The position numbers were made by a program, and so were the translations under genes. DNA of 64,000 nucleotides from positions 96,001-160,000 of the forward strand of contig CAWKBC010000001.1 in the NCBI GenBank assembly GCA_963847705.1. The letters run 5' to 3'. Origin of the DNA: an uncultured Pseudomonadota bacterium (GTDB lineage: Bacteria; Myxococcota_A; Polyangia; Fen-1088). A model generated the notes under the pieces. That model had not been told where the DNA came from. It made no database searches and saw only the letters and a list, made by a program, of their open reading frames with translations. Of this stretch, positions 1 through 10,379 are shown piece after piece; position 1 is the first letter of the stretch; each line of letters begins with the position of its first letter.

Positions 1-1
1 C

Positions 2-160
2 ATTCGCGATCAGGCGGAGAGCGTCACCACCGACATCGAGCGGATCCGCAACCACCCGCTCGTCCCGCGCGACATCCCGATCTACGGATACGTCTATCAC
101 GTCGAGACGGGTCGCCTCGTCGAGGTCCCCCAGGCCATCGCCGTCGGCCGCGCCGCCTGA
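2..160 (+). CDS. beta-class carbonic anhydrase, C-terminal part (5' truncated by window edge)
   Basis: Manual translation [42 protein letters not shown]...*, matching the small beta-CA C-terminal pattern (IR.HPL.P..IPIYGY.Y.V.TG.L); not in the ORF track. Confidence 0.75.
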   Translation: MRDQAESVTTDIERIRNHPLVPRDIPIYGYVYHVETGRLVEVPQAIAVGRAA

Positions 161-2369
<2,209 letters not shown>

Positions 2370-2382
<13 letters not shown>

Positions 2383-4183
2383 TAGAGCTGTTGGGCGTTC
2401 TTGGACCGACGCGCCATGCAGTGCGGGCAGCCATTGGGGGGGCGCCGGGACCGTCGAGCCGCTGGTAGGCGCGGCGTACGGCGGTGACCGTCGACAGGCC
2501 TGGGAATGCCGGGTCGCCCGGGACGACCTGCTCGCCGGAGAGCCAGCTGTCGAAGCGCAGATTCTGCATGACGCGCGCGAAGTCCGTCCGGACGCCGCAG
2601 AGCCACACGGGGATCGCCTGGGCGGACAGGTCGCGCAGGAATCGCTCGAGGTGCTCCATGCAGACCAGGTCGGGGTTCCGGGCGCGCCGGACGCGCAGGA
2701 CCACCAGCTGCGCTCCGGCGGCGACCCGCGCCCGGACCTTGTCGAGGTGGATGTCCAGCTCCGGGGCGGCGCCAAAGAAGAACTCCCCTTCCAGATCGTA
2801 GATGACGGCCGCCCGGCAGAGGGCCGTGCTCGGCATCGGGCGCGCGGATGACGCCGTTCGCGTCGACGACCAGCTCGGTCCCCTTGAGGCGCGCCGCCCG
2901 CGGGACGAACAGCAGGATCGAGAGGCCGACGCCGATCAGGATGGAGAACTCGACGCCGACGAAGATCGCCGAGAACGCCGTGACCAGCACCAGCCCGGCG
3001 TCGAAGCGGGAGGCGCGGACGGCGTAGCCGAGACGCCGCCAATCGATGAGCCGCGCGGCGGTCACCAGCAGGAGCCCGGCCAGGGCGCTCTTCGGCACGT
3101 ACCGGGCCAGCGGCGCCCAGAGCACCACGACCAGCGCGACGGCGCCGGCGGTGATGAGCCCGGAGGTCCGGCTGACGGCGCCGGCCTGGTAATTGATCGC
3201 CGAACGGGTCAGCGAGCCGGAGCCGGGCAGGCACTGGAAGAAGCCGCCGCCCAGGTTGGCCAGGCCCTCGGCCAGGCACTGCCGGTTGTAGTCGAGCGGC
3301 TGGCGGGTCTCGTGGGCGATCGACTTGGAGATCGCCAGCGCCTCCAGCAACCCCAGGAGCGCGATCGCCAGCGCGCTGCCCGAGAGGTCCTTGATCCAGG
3401 CGAACTTGATCTCCGGGATGTGAAAGCCAGGCAGGCTGGCAGGCACGCGGCCGATCGTGGCCACCAGAGGCGTGCCGTGGGCGCCGGGGCTCGACCAGCC
3501 GAGCCGCCCGGCGACCAGCGCGGCGACGACGAGCGCGAGCAGCATGTCGATGCGCGGCAGGCGGTAACGCACGGCGAGCCGACGGACGCCGACGACCAGC
3601 GACGATGGTGCCGAGCGCCGAGCGCCAGCGCACGGGGGTTGACCGGGGTGTGGCTGGTCAGCGTGAGCCACAGCCGGTGCACCAGCAGCTGATGGCCGCT
3701 CCCCTTGTCGGGGATTCCGAGCAGGTTGCCGACCTGGCCGAGCCCGACCAGCAGCCCGGCGCCGGCCATGAACCCCAGCACCACCGATTCGGAGATGTAG
3801 CGGGTCAGATCGCCCAGGCGAAAGACGGCGATCAGGATCTGCAGCGAGCCGACCATGATCCCCAGCAGGAAGGTCGCCTGATAGGCGTCGTACCGCGCCT
3901 CCGGATCGAAGATCGCCAGCGCGCTGAAGACGACCAGCGAGATGGCGTTGGTCGGCCCGTTGATGAGGTGCGAGGAGGAGCCGAAGATCGAGGCGATGGC
4001 GGTCACCACGATGGCCGAGTAGAGCCCGAAGCGGGGATCGACGCCGGCGATCAGCGCGTAGGCCATCGCCTGGGGGAGGGAGACCGCCGCGACGGTCAGG
4101 CCGGCGATGAGATCCTTGCGCAGCGCCTCGCGGCCATGGGCGCGCGGGCGGGCGACGACCTGCGGCAGCGCCGAGGCGGTCAT
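2370..4183 (-). CDS. SulP family anion transporter with STAS domain (frameshifted in this sequence)
   Basis: DLIAGLTVAAVSLPQAMAYA, GSSSHLINGPT, GSGSLTRSAIN, YDLEGEFFFGAA split over ORFs 3209-4480, 2370-3671 and 2375-2836; breaks near 3600-3620, about 2840 and the G-run at 2436-2442; ends CPHC...LYYMI. Confidence 0.85.
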
Positions 4184-5252
4184 CGGGCGCCTCGCGCCAC
4201 GGCCAGCGCCGGGCCTGGGCGATCGAGCCGGTCGAAGACGCCGCCGTCGCCGAAGAACTTCTGCTGGGCCTCCTCCCAGTCCTTCGCCAGCAGCGTCACG
4301 GGGAAGAGATCCAGCGCGGGAAACGTCCGGCGTGCGCCGCCAGCGCGCGGGGATCGATCGGGCGGTAGCCGTGCGCCGCGATGAGCTCTTGTGCCGCCGG
4401 CGTGAACAGGAACTCGAGGTACGCCTTGGCCACCGCGGCCGTCCCCTTGCGGGCGACGTTGGCGTCGACCCAGGCGACATACGGCTCGGCCAGGATGCTG
4501 GAGCGCGGGTAGACGATCTCCAGATCGCCCTTGGCGTCCTCGACCTCGCGCAGCGCCTCGTTCTCCCAGGTGAGATGGACGTCGCCGATTTTCTCGTCGG
4601 CGAAGGTCGTGGCGGCGCCGCGCGCTCCCTCGGCCAGCGTGCCGGCGTGGCGATAGAGGTCGGCGACGAAGGCCCGCGCCTCCGTCTCGTCGCCGCCGGC
4701 GTGGATCACCGAGCCCCAGGCCGCCAGGAAGCTCAGCTTGCCGTTGCCGGAGGTGCGCGGATCGGGCGTGACGATGGCGACGCCCGGCTTGGTCAGGTCG
4801 GGCCAGTCGTGGAGCTGCTTGGGATTTCCCCGCCGCACCACGAAGACGATCGTCGAGGTGTAGGGGCGCGAGCCGTTGGGCAGGCGGGCCTCCCAGCCGT
4901 CGGCGACGAGGCCGTGGCGCTGCAACGCCACGACGTCCGAGTGCATCGCCAGCGTCACGACATCGGCTGGAAGGCCGCCGATCACCGCGCGCGCCTGTCG
5001 CGAGGAGCCGCCGTGTGACTGGGCGACCGTCAACGTCTGGCCGGTGGTCCGCGCGTAGGCGGCCGAGAACGCCCGGTCGACGTCCCGATAGAGCTCACGG
5101 GTGGGATCGTAGGAGACGTTCAGGAAATGCCGTGAGGGGTCCTGCCCGGCGAGGTTCTTGGTCACGACGGCCGTCGCCGTGGCGGCGATGGCCAGCAGCG
5201 CCAAGGCGTCGGTGGCCCAGCGCGGGACCCGCCGCGTCGATTCTCCTATCAT
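4180..5252 (-). CDS. sbp: sulfate ABC transporter substrate-binding protein (one frameshift near 4320)
   Basis: LNVSYDPTRELY, QSHGGSSRQARAVI, PYTSTIVFVVRRGNPK, TPDPRTSGNGK; adding one C at TTCCCGCG restores PALDLFPV...WEEAQQKFFGDGGVFD, ending in an ATGA overlap with SulP. Confidence 0.9.
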
Positions 5253-5259
5253 GGACAAC

Positions 5260-5277
5260 TGACTATTATACTATACG
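5260..5277. promoter_or_regulatory. imperfect palindrome TGACTATTATACTATACG between the divergent sbp genes; candidate operator
   Basis: AT-rich island in GC-rich DNA; 14/18 identical to the perfect palindrome at 6347-6364. Confidence 0.5.
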
Positions 5278-5326
5278 CGGGAAGGCAACCGCCTCGCCAG
5301 CCAACCGTCCGTTGCCAGGGGCCTCG

Positions 5327-6328
5327 ATGTCGAAACGTCCGAAACGTCTACCGCTCGTGCTTCTCTCGCTGGGGATCGCCGCCGCGGGCGTGGCGGAGGC
5401 GCGCGACGTGACGCTGCTCAACGCGTCGTATGACGTCACGCGCGAGCTCTACAAGGAGGTCAACGCCGCGTTCTGCGCCGCCTGGAAGGCGCGCACGGGC
5501 GAGACCCTGACCGTCAATCAGTCGCACGGCGGATCGAGCAAGCAGGCGCGCGCGGTCATCGAAGGTCTGCCGGCCGACGTGGTGACCATGAACCAGGCGC
5601 TGGACATCGACCTCATCGCCGAGAAGAGCGGCCTGGTCGCTGCCGACTGGGCGAAGCGTCTCCCCAACCACGCGGTCCCCTTCACGTCGACGATCCTGTT
5701 CGTGGTCAGGAAGGGCAATCCCAAGCAGATTCGTGACTGGGGCGATCTGATCAAGCCGGGCGTCGTCCCGATCATCCCCAATCCCAAGACCTCGGGGAAC
5801 GGGCGCTACAGCTATCTGGCGGCGTGGGTCTACGCGCTCGGCCAGGCGAAAGGGGACGAGACGGCGGCGCGGGCGTTCGTGGGCAAGCTCTTCAAGGCGG
5901 TGCCGGTGCTCGACTCGGGCGGGCGCGCCGCCACCAGCACCTTCGGACAGCGTGGGATCGGGGATGTCTTGCTCACCTTCGAGAACGAGGCCCAGCTGGT
6001 GCTCGCTGACTTTCCGGGGAGCGGTCTGGCGGTGGTGGTTCCGTCGGTGAGCATCCTGGCGGAGAGCCCGGTGGCGGTGGTCGACAAGAACGCCGCCGGG
6101 CACGGAACCACGGCGGTGGCGAGCGCCTACCTCCGTTTCCTCTTCGAGCCCGAGGCGCAGGAGCTGGGGGCGCGGCACTTCTTCCGCCCGGTCGATCCGA
6201 AGATCCTGGCGAAGCACGCCGATCGCTTCCCCCAGCTCCGGCTGGTCCCGGTTTCCGATCTGGGCGGCTGGGCGGCCGTTCAGAAGAAGCACTTCGCCGA
6301 CGGCGGCCTCTTCGATCAGCTCTTCTAG
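5327..6328 (+). CDS. sbp: sulfate/thiosulfate ABC transporter substrate-binding protein
   Basis: Signal peptide, LLNASYDVTRELY, QSHGGSSKQARAVIEG, PNPKTSGNGRY, HFADGGLFDQL; ATG at 5327 inside ORF 5015-6328. Confidence 0.92.
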   Translation: MSKRPKRLPLVLLSLGIAAAGVAEARDVTLLNASYDVTRELYKEVNAAFCAAWKARTGETLTVNQSHGGSSKQARAVIEGLPADVVTMNQALDIDLIAEKSGLVAADWAKRLPNHAVPFTSTILFVVRKGNPKQIRDWGDLIKPGVVPIIPNPKTSGNGRYSYLAAWVYALGQAKGDETAARAFVGKLFKAVPVLDSGGRAATSTFGQRGIGDVLLTFENEAQLVLADFPGSGLAVVVPSVSILAESPVAVVDKNAAGHGTTAVASAYLRFLFEPEAQELGARHFFRPVDPKILAKHADRFPQLRLVPVSDLGGWAAVQKKHFADGGLFDQLF

Positions 6329-6346
6329 CGGAGGCCGCCGTGGGCA

Positions 6347-6364
6347 TGTCTATTATAATAGACA
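6347..6364. promoter_or_regulatory. perfect 18-bp palindrome TGTCTATTATAATAGACA
   Basis: Exact inverted repeat read directly from the sequence, 18 nt after the sbp stop. Confidence 0.55.
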
Positions 6365-6493
6365 ATGTCTTCTCGTCTGCGTTCCCGGGGGAAGCGCGTG
6401 CGCGCACCTCGCGCAGACGCGGGTCATACCGCCGTCGATGACGAGCTCCTCGCCGGTGATGAAGGACGCCTCGTCGCCGGGGTGCTCGCTCAC
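6353..6493 (-). pseudogene. C-terminal fragment of a short-chain dehydrogenase
   Basis: Translation MSEHPGDEASFITGEELVIDGGMTR...; ASFITG..L.IDGG is the classical SDR C-terminal motif; no Rossmann N-terminus present. Confidence 0.65.
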
Positions 6494-6843
6494 GGTAAGA
6501 ACTCCTGCAGGTTCGTCTTGCCGAAACGGCTCCCCGCTGCCGCCTCACGCAGCTGACCGGCGATGAGCGCCAGGACCCGCTTGACGCCGTCGGTCTTGTC
6601 CGGATCGGTCGCCGGAAGCAGCCGCACGGTGATCTGCCGGTCCTTCTGGGAGAGCTGCACGAAGAACGACTGCGAGCGCCCCTCTTCCACCACCACAGAG
6701 TCGACCAGCGCGGTGTGGCCGGACCGGCTCGAGTAGACATCCACGATCTTGAGGATCTCGCTGCCGTTTCTCACCGCCGCGATCTTGATGCCCTGACAGG
6801 CCAGGCCGAGATCGAGCGCCTCTTCAATCACCACGTGCGGCAT
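6490..6843 (-). CDS. hypothetical protein (117 aa, MPHVVIEE...NLQEFLP)
   Basis: RBS GAGGAGG before ATG 6843; globular composition; follows the CPBP gene in the same direction. Confidence 0.7.
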   Translation of the reverse strand: MPHVVIEEALDLGLACQGIKIAAVRNGSEILKIVDVYSSRSGHTALVDSVVVEEGRSQSFFVQLSQKDRQITVRLLPATDPDKTDGVKRVLALIAGQLREAAAGSRFGKTNLQEFLP

Positions 6844-6859
6844 CGGTCGTCCTCCTCGT

Positions 6860-7501
6860 TCATCTCGCGTCCAGCGGCAGCCAGAGCAACACCAGGGTGT
6901 CCCACAGAAGGTGAGCCAACAGACTCGGTACCAGACTGGCGCTGGCGGCGCGCAGCGCACCCCAGGCCATCCCGCAGGAGAGCGCCGCCACGACGAGGAG
7001 AGGCGAGCCGAGGGGCGCATGGGCGAGCGCGTAGGCGATGGCCGCCAACGTGACGCCTCTCCACGGACCCAGGCGCCGCATGAGCGCCGTCTGGACGACG
7101 CCCCGCCAGACCAGCTCCTCACCGAGAATCACGGGTAAGAGCGCCAGCGCGGCGATGACCGGCGGTGGCCCGCGAAACGAGGCGTACAGACGCGCCGTGT
7201 CGATGGGGATGAACGGCAAGAGCCTGGCAAGCATCGGATAGAGGAGGTAGCTGGCGGCGGCCATCAAGCAACCTGCGGCGGCACCGACGAGAGCCAGTCG
7301 CGCGGTCGGGCGAAGGAGGCTGCGCGCCGCCGCGCGATCGCGCACGCAGACGGCGATGCCAAGCGCAACCGAGGCACCGCCGAGGGCGAGCCAGATCCCC
7401 AGCGCTCGCGCGCAGACGGAGGCAACGAGCCACACGATCACGCAGGCGAGCGCGAGCTTCGTCGTGGGCCGCGCCGCGATCTCGTCGCGGGCATCGCTCA
7501 A
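6860..7501 (-). CDS. CPBP (Abi/CAAX) family intramembrane glutamic endopeptidase
   Basis: Several TM helices, EELVWRG, YALAH, AHLLWD motifs. Confidence 0.85.
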   Translation of the reverse strand: MSDARDEIAARPTTKLALACVIVWLVASVCARALGIWLALGGASVALGIAVCVRDRAAARSLLRPTARLALVGAAAGCLMAAASYLLYPMLARLLPFIPIDTARLYASFRGPPPVIAALALLPVILGEELVWRGVVQTALMRRLGPWRGVTLAAIAYALAHAPLGSPLLVVAALSCGMAWGALRAASASLVPSLLAHLLWDTLVLLWLPLDAR

Positions 7502-8475
7502 ACCGGACGCTCCCGGAGTCCCCGGGCATGTTCGATGGCGGCCCAGGTGCCGCCCACCGGTTGCTGGCTCCGCTCGCCCTCGAGCGCCAGCCTGGCCCCC
7601 TCGGCGAACGCCAGCCGGTTCGGATGGTCGATGAGCCGCCAGAACCGGTCATCGCGGGCCAGGAGATCTTCGGTCAGGCCGACCACCACCTCGCGTGCCA
7701 CCGACCACTTCGCGCGCGTGACGAAGCGGACCCACAGGGACGACAGCCGCGGCGAGAGCAGGGGCACCTCGAGCATTCGTGGGTGCGGAAGTCCCAAGAC
7801 CCGCGCGGTCTCTTCGAGGATCTCCTTTCCGGAGAGCGTGAGCGGCCCGGGGATGTCGAAGCAGGCGCTGGCCGGCAGCTCCAGGTCGAGCGCCCGCACG
7901 AGAGCGATCACGACGTCGGCGATCGCCACCGGCTGCGTGCGCGACTTCAGCCACTGCGGCAAGACCATGAACGGCAACCGGGCGGCCAGATCGCGCACGA
8001 TGAGCCAGCTCAGGCTGCCCTGCCCGACGATCATGCTGGCGCGCAGCTCGATGGTCTTGACCGTGCCGGAGCGGAGCGCCTCGCCGACCTCCAGCCTGCT
8101 CCGCAGGTGCTCGGAGCCCGCGCCCGCCGGGGCGACGCCGCCGAGGTACACGATCCGTTCGACGCCCGCCGCGGCGGCCGCCCGGGAGAAGGTCGTTGCG
8201 GCTGCGACCTCGTGCTGGTGGTAGTGGGCGCCCTCGCCGATCCCGTGCACCAGGTAGACCGCCGCCTGGCAGCCGTCGAGCGCCCGGGCACAAGAGGCCG
8301 CATCCCCCACGTCACCCTCCACCCAGTCGAGCGCGGGCTGCCGCCGGCGCGCCCGGGCCACATCGCGGGTCAAGCAGCGGACGCGCCATCCCTTGGCGGC
8401 CAGCGCAGGCCGGACGGCGTTGCCGACGAAGCCCGTCGCGCCGGTCAGGAGGAGTGTGGGGTGGACAGCCGTCAT
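7498..8475 (-). CDS. NAD(P)H-binding atypical SDR / epimerase (YbjT-like)
   Basis: LLTGATGFVG, YLVHG, HLRSRLEVGE, LRASMIVG, TQPVAIADV; ATGA overlap with blc. Confidence 0.85.
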   Translation of the reverse strand: MTAVHPTLLLTGATGFVGNAVRPALAAKGWRVRCLTRDVARARRRQPALDWVEGDVGDAASCARALDGCQAAVYLVHGIGEGAHYHQHEVAAATTFSRAAAAAGVERIVYLGGVAPAGAGSEHLRSRLEVGEALRSGTVKTIELRASMIVGQGSLSWLIVRDLAARLPFMVLPQWLKSRTQPVAIADVVIALVRALDLELPASACFDIPGPLTLSGKEILEETARVLGLPHPRMLEVPLLSPRLSSLWVRFVTRAKWSVAREVVVGLTEDLLARDDRFWRLIDHPNRLAFAEGARLALEGERSQQPVGGTWAAIEHARGLRERPV

Positions 8476-9017
8476 GGTGTCGATGGGCCCTGCAGGGTTC
8501 GCACCAGGCGCGAGGTCTCGTAGCCTTGGGCTCGCAAGCGCGTCACGATCGCCTGGTAGGTCGCCTCGCTCATCGCCGGGGCGCGACTCAGAATCCAGAG
8601 GTAGTCGCGTCCGGGGTGACCGATGACGGCGTACGAGTAGTCCGGTGCGAGGTCGATGATCCAGTAGGGCGCCCAGAACGGGCGGAAGAAGCTCACCTTC
8701 AGCTTGGCGTTCGTGGCCCGGTCGACCAGCCGGGCGCGGCCGAGAGCCGCCTTCTCTTTCCCGTCCAGGGAGCCCAGACGGCAGCGGTTCATGACGTCGA
8801 GCTCGCCGTCGGCGCGCAAGGTGTAGGTCGCGGTCGTGCCGGTGCAGCCGCGCTCGAAGCTCTGCGGGAAGGCGGCGATCTCGTACCAGGTCCCCAGGTA
8901 GCGCCCGAGTTCGACGTGCGCCACCGTCTGGAGCGCAGGCAGGTGCAACCGCTCGGTCGTCGTGCTGGCGCAACCTGCCGTCCAGAGCGTCCCAATCAAG
9001 CCGACAAGACCTTTCAT
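8472..9017 (-). CDS. blc: outer-membrane lipocalin lipoprotein
   Basis: Lipobox TAGC, RYLGTWYEIA, LKVSFFRPFWAPYWII, YLWILSR. Confidence 0.9.
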   Translation of the reverse strand: MKGLVGLIGTLWTAGCASTTTERLHLPALQTVAHVELGRYLGTWYEIAAFPQSFERGCTGTTATYTLRADGELDVMNRCRLGSLDGKEKAALGRARLVDRATNAKLKVSFFRPFWAPYWIIDLAPDYSYAVIGHPGRDYLWILSRAPAMSEATYQAIVTRLRAQGYETSRLVRTLQGPSTP

Positions 9018-9067
9018 GGTGTTTCCCGCGATGCCCGAAGCGCGAATGGTTCTCCTCGTCTCTCCGC

Positions 9068-9712
9068 TCAAGCGCCCGGCATACCGTTGGGGTAGAGCAG
9101 GTGCCCGGAGCGCCGCGCCTTGGCTTCAAGGTAAGCGTGATTCAGAGGGCCGGGCTCCATGACGTGCGGAATGCGCGCCACGACCGGAATCCCGGCTTTG
9201 CTGAGCTGAGCAATCTTGTCCCGGTTGTTCGTCATGAGCGACACCGAGCGCACACCGAGCCGGCGCAGCATGCTGGCGGCGAACCCATAGTCGCGGCAGT
9301 CGTCCGGCAGACCGAGCGCCAGGTTGGCGTCGACGGTGTCGAGCCCTTTCTCCTGTTGCAACCGATAAGCGCGAATCTTGTTTGCCAGCCCGATGCCCCG
9401 CCCTTCCTGGCGGAGATACAGCAACACGCCGCAGGGGCGGGCAGCCAGACGCTCGAGGCCGCGGTCGAGCTGGTCGCGGCAGTCGCAGCGCAGGGAGCCG
9501 AACGCATCGCCGGTCAGACACTCCGAATGAATCCGGGTGGCCACCCGCTCCTGCCCGAACACGTCTCCCGAGACCAGCGCGACATGCTCCCGGCCAGTGG
9601 CGCCGTCGGTGAAGACGTGGATCCGGAAGAGTCCGTGCCGCGTCGGCAAGTCGGCGATGGGCGCCAGCTCCCCGGCCCGCTCGGCGTCGTTTGCAGGCAG
9701 GTTCGTGAACAC
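9068..9712 (-). CDS. ribA: GTP cyclohydrolase II
   Basis: RIHSECLTGD, RCDCRDQL, QEGRGIGLANKIRAY, LMTNN. Confidence 0.93.
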   Translation of the reverse strand: MFTNLPANDAERAGELAPIADLPTRHGLFRIHVFTDGATGREHVALVSGDVFGQERVATRIHSECLTGDAFGSLRCDCRDQLDRGLERLAARPCGVLLYLRQEGRGIGLANKIRAYRLQQEKGLDTVDANLALGLPDDCRDYGFAASMLRRLGVRSVSLMTNNRDKIAQLSKAGIPVVARIPHVMEPGPLNHAYLEAKARRSGHLLYPNGMPGA

Positions 9713-9719
9713 AGTTGAG

Positions 9720-9746
9720 GAACGCGGCAGCCGGCTGCGCGGTTAC
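9720..9746 (-). promoter_or_regulatory. ECF-sigma-type promoter GTAACC-N16-CGTTC for the ribA operon (probably leaderless)
   Basis: GTAACC at 9746-9741, CGTTC at 9724-9720, GTG start at 9712; identical motif on the opposite strand at 9802-9828. Confidence 0.6.
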
Positions 9747-9801
9747 AGACGAGACTGTTTGGTCATCCGGAATCTGCGCGCCAGCGCGGTCGAGGTGGTC
9801 G

Positions 9802-9828
9802 GTAACCCGCGAGGGGTCTGGCGCGTTC
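9802..9828 (+). promoter_or_regulatory. ECF-sigma-type promoter GTAACC-N16-CGTTC for the DUF393 gene
   Basis: GTAACC 9802-9807, 16-nt spacer, CGTTC 9824-9828, RBS GGAGG then ATG 9848. Confidence 0.6.
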
Positions 9829-9847
9829 GATCCGGTGGAGGCGACAC

Positions 9848-10312
9848 ATGACAGACTTCGACGTTGAGGTGTTCTACGACGGTGCGTGTCCCCTTTGCAT
9901 GCGCGAGATCCGGATGTTGCGCCGCCGCGACCACCGCGCGCGCATTCGCTTCACGGACATCGCGGCCGAGGGCTTTGATTCCGCCGCCGTCGGCCTGACC
10001 TGGGAGGCGCTCATGGAGCGGATTCACGGCCGCCTGCCTGACGGCACGCTCATCGAGGGGGTGGAGGTCTTTCGCCGTCTTTACGCGGCCGTGGGGTTCC
10101 GAGTGTTGGTGACCCTCTCGCGCGCGCCCGGCGTCTCGCAGTTGCTCGAGCTCGCGTATCGCCTCTTTGCCAGGAACCGCCTCCGGCTGACCGGCCGGTG
10201 CGGGGCCGGCGCGTGCGAGCTGCACCAGGGGCCCGCCCGCCGTTCGCCGGCAGCGAGATCACGTGCGATGGCGGCGCGCTCCGAGGCCTCCGGGGGACGC
10301 GGCCTCACGTGA
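9848..10312 (+). CDS. DCC1-like thiol-disulfide oxidoreductase (DUF393)
   Basis: [10 protein letters not shown] (DxxCxxC), [15 protein letters not shown]. Confidence 0.9.
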   Translation: MTDFDVEVFYDGACPLCMREIRMLRRRDHRARIRFTDIAAEGFDSAAVGLTWEALMERIHGRLPDGTLIEGVEVFRRLYAAVGFRVLVTLSRAPGVSQLLELAYRLFARNRLRLTGRCGAGACELHQGPARRSPAARSRAMAARSEASGGRGLT

Positions 10313-10379
10313 CCGAGCCCATGGGCGGCGATGAAACGCCCTGCTTGAATCGCCGAGGTTGAGATCCTAGGCTTCGTCC

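Noticed and set aside
6860-7501. CPBP protease as the myxosortase for the MYXO-CTERM proteins
   Set aside because: It sits in the blc/ribA stress operon about 30 kb away, and CPBP paralogues are numerous; nothing in the sequence supports the link
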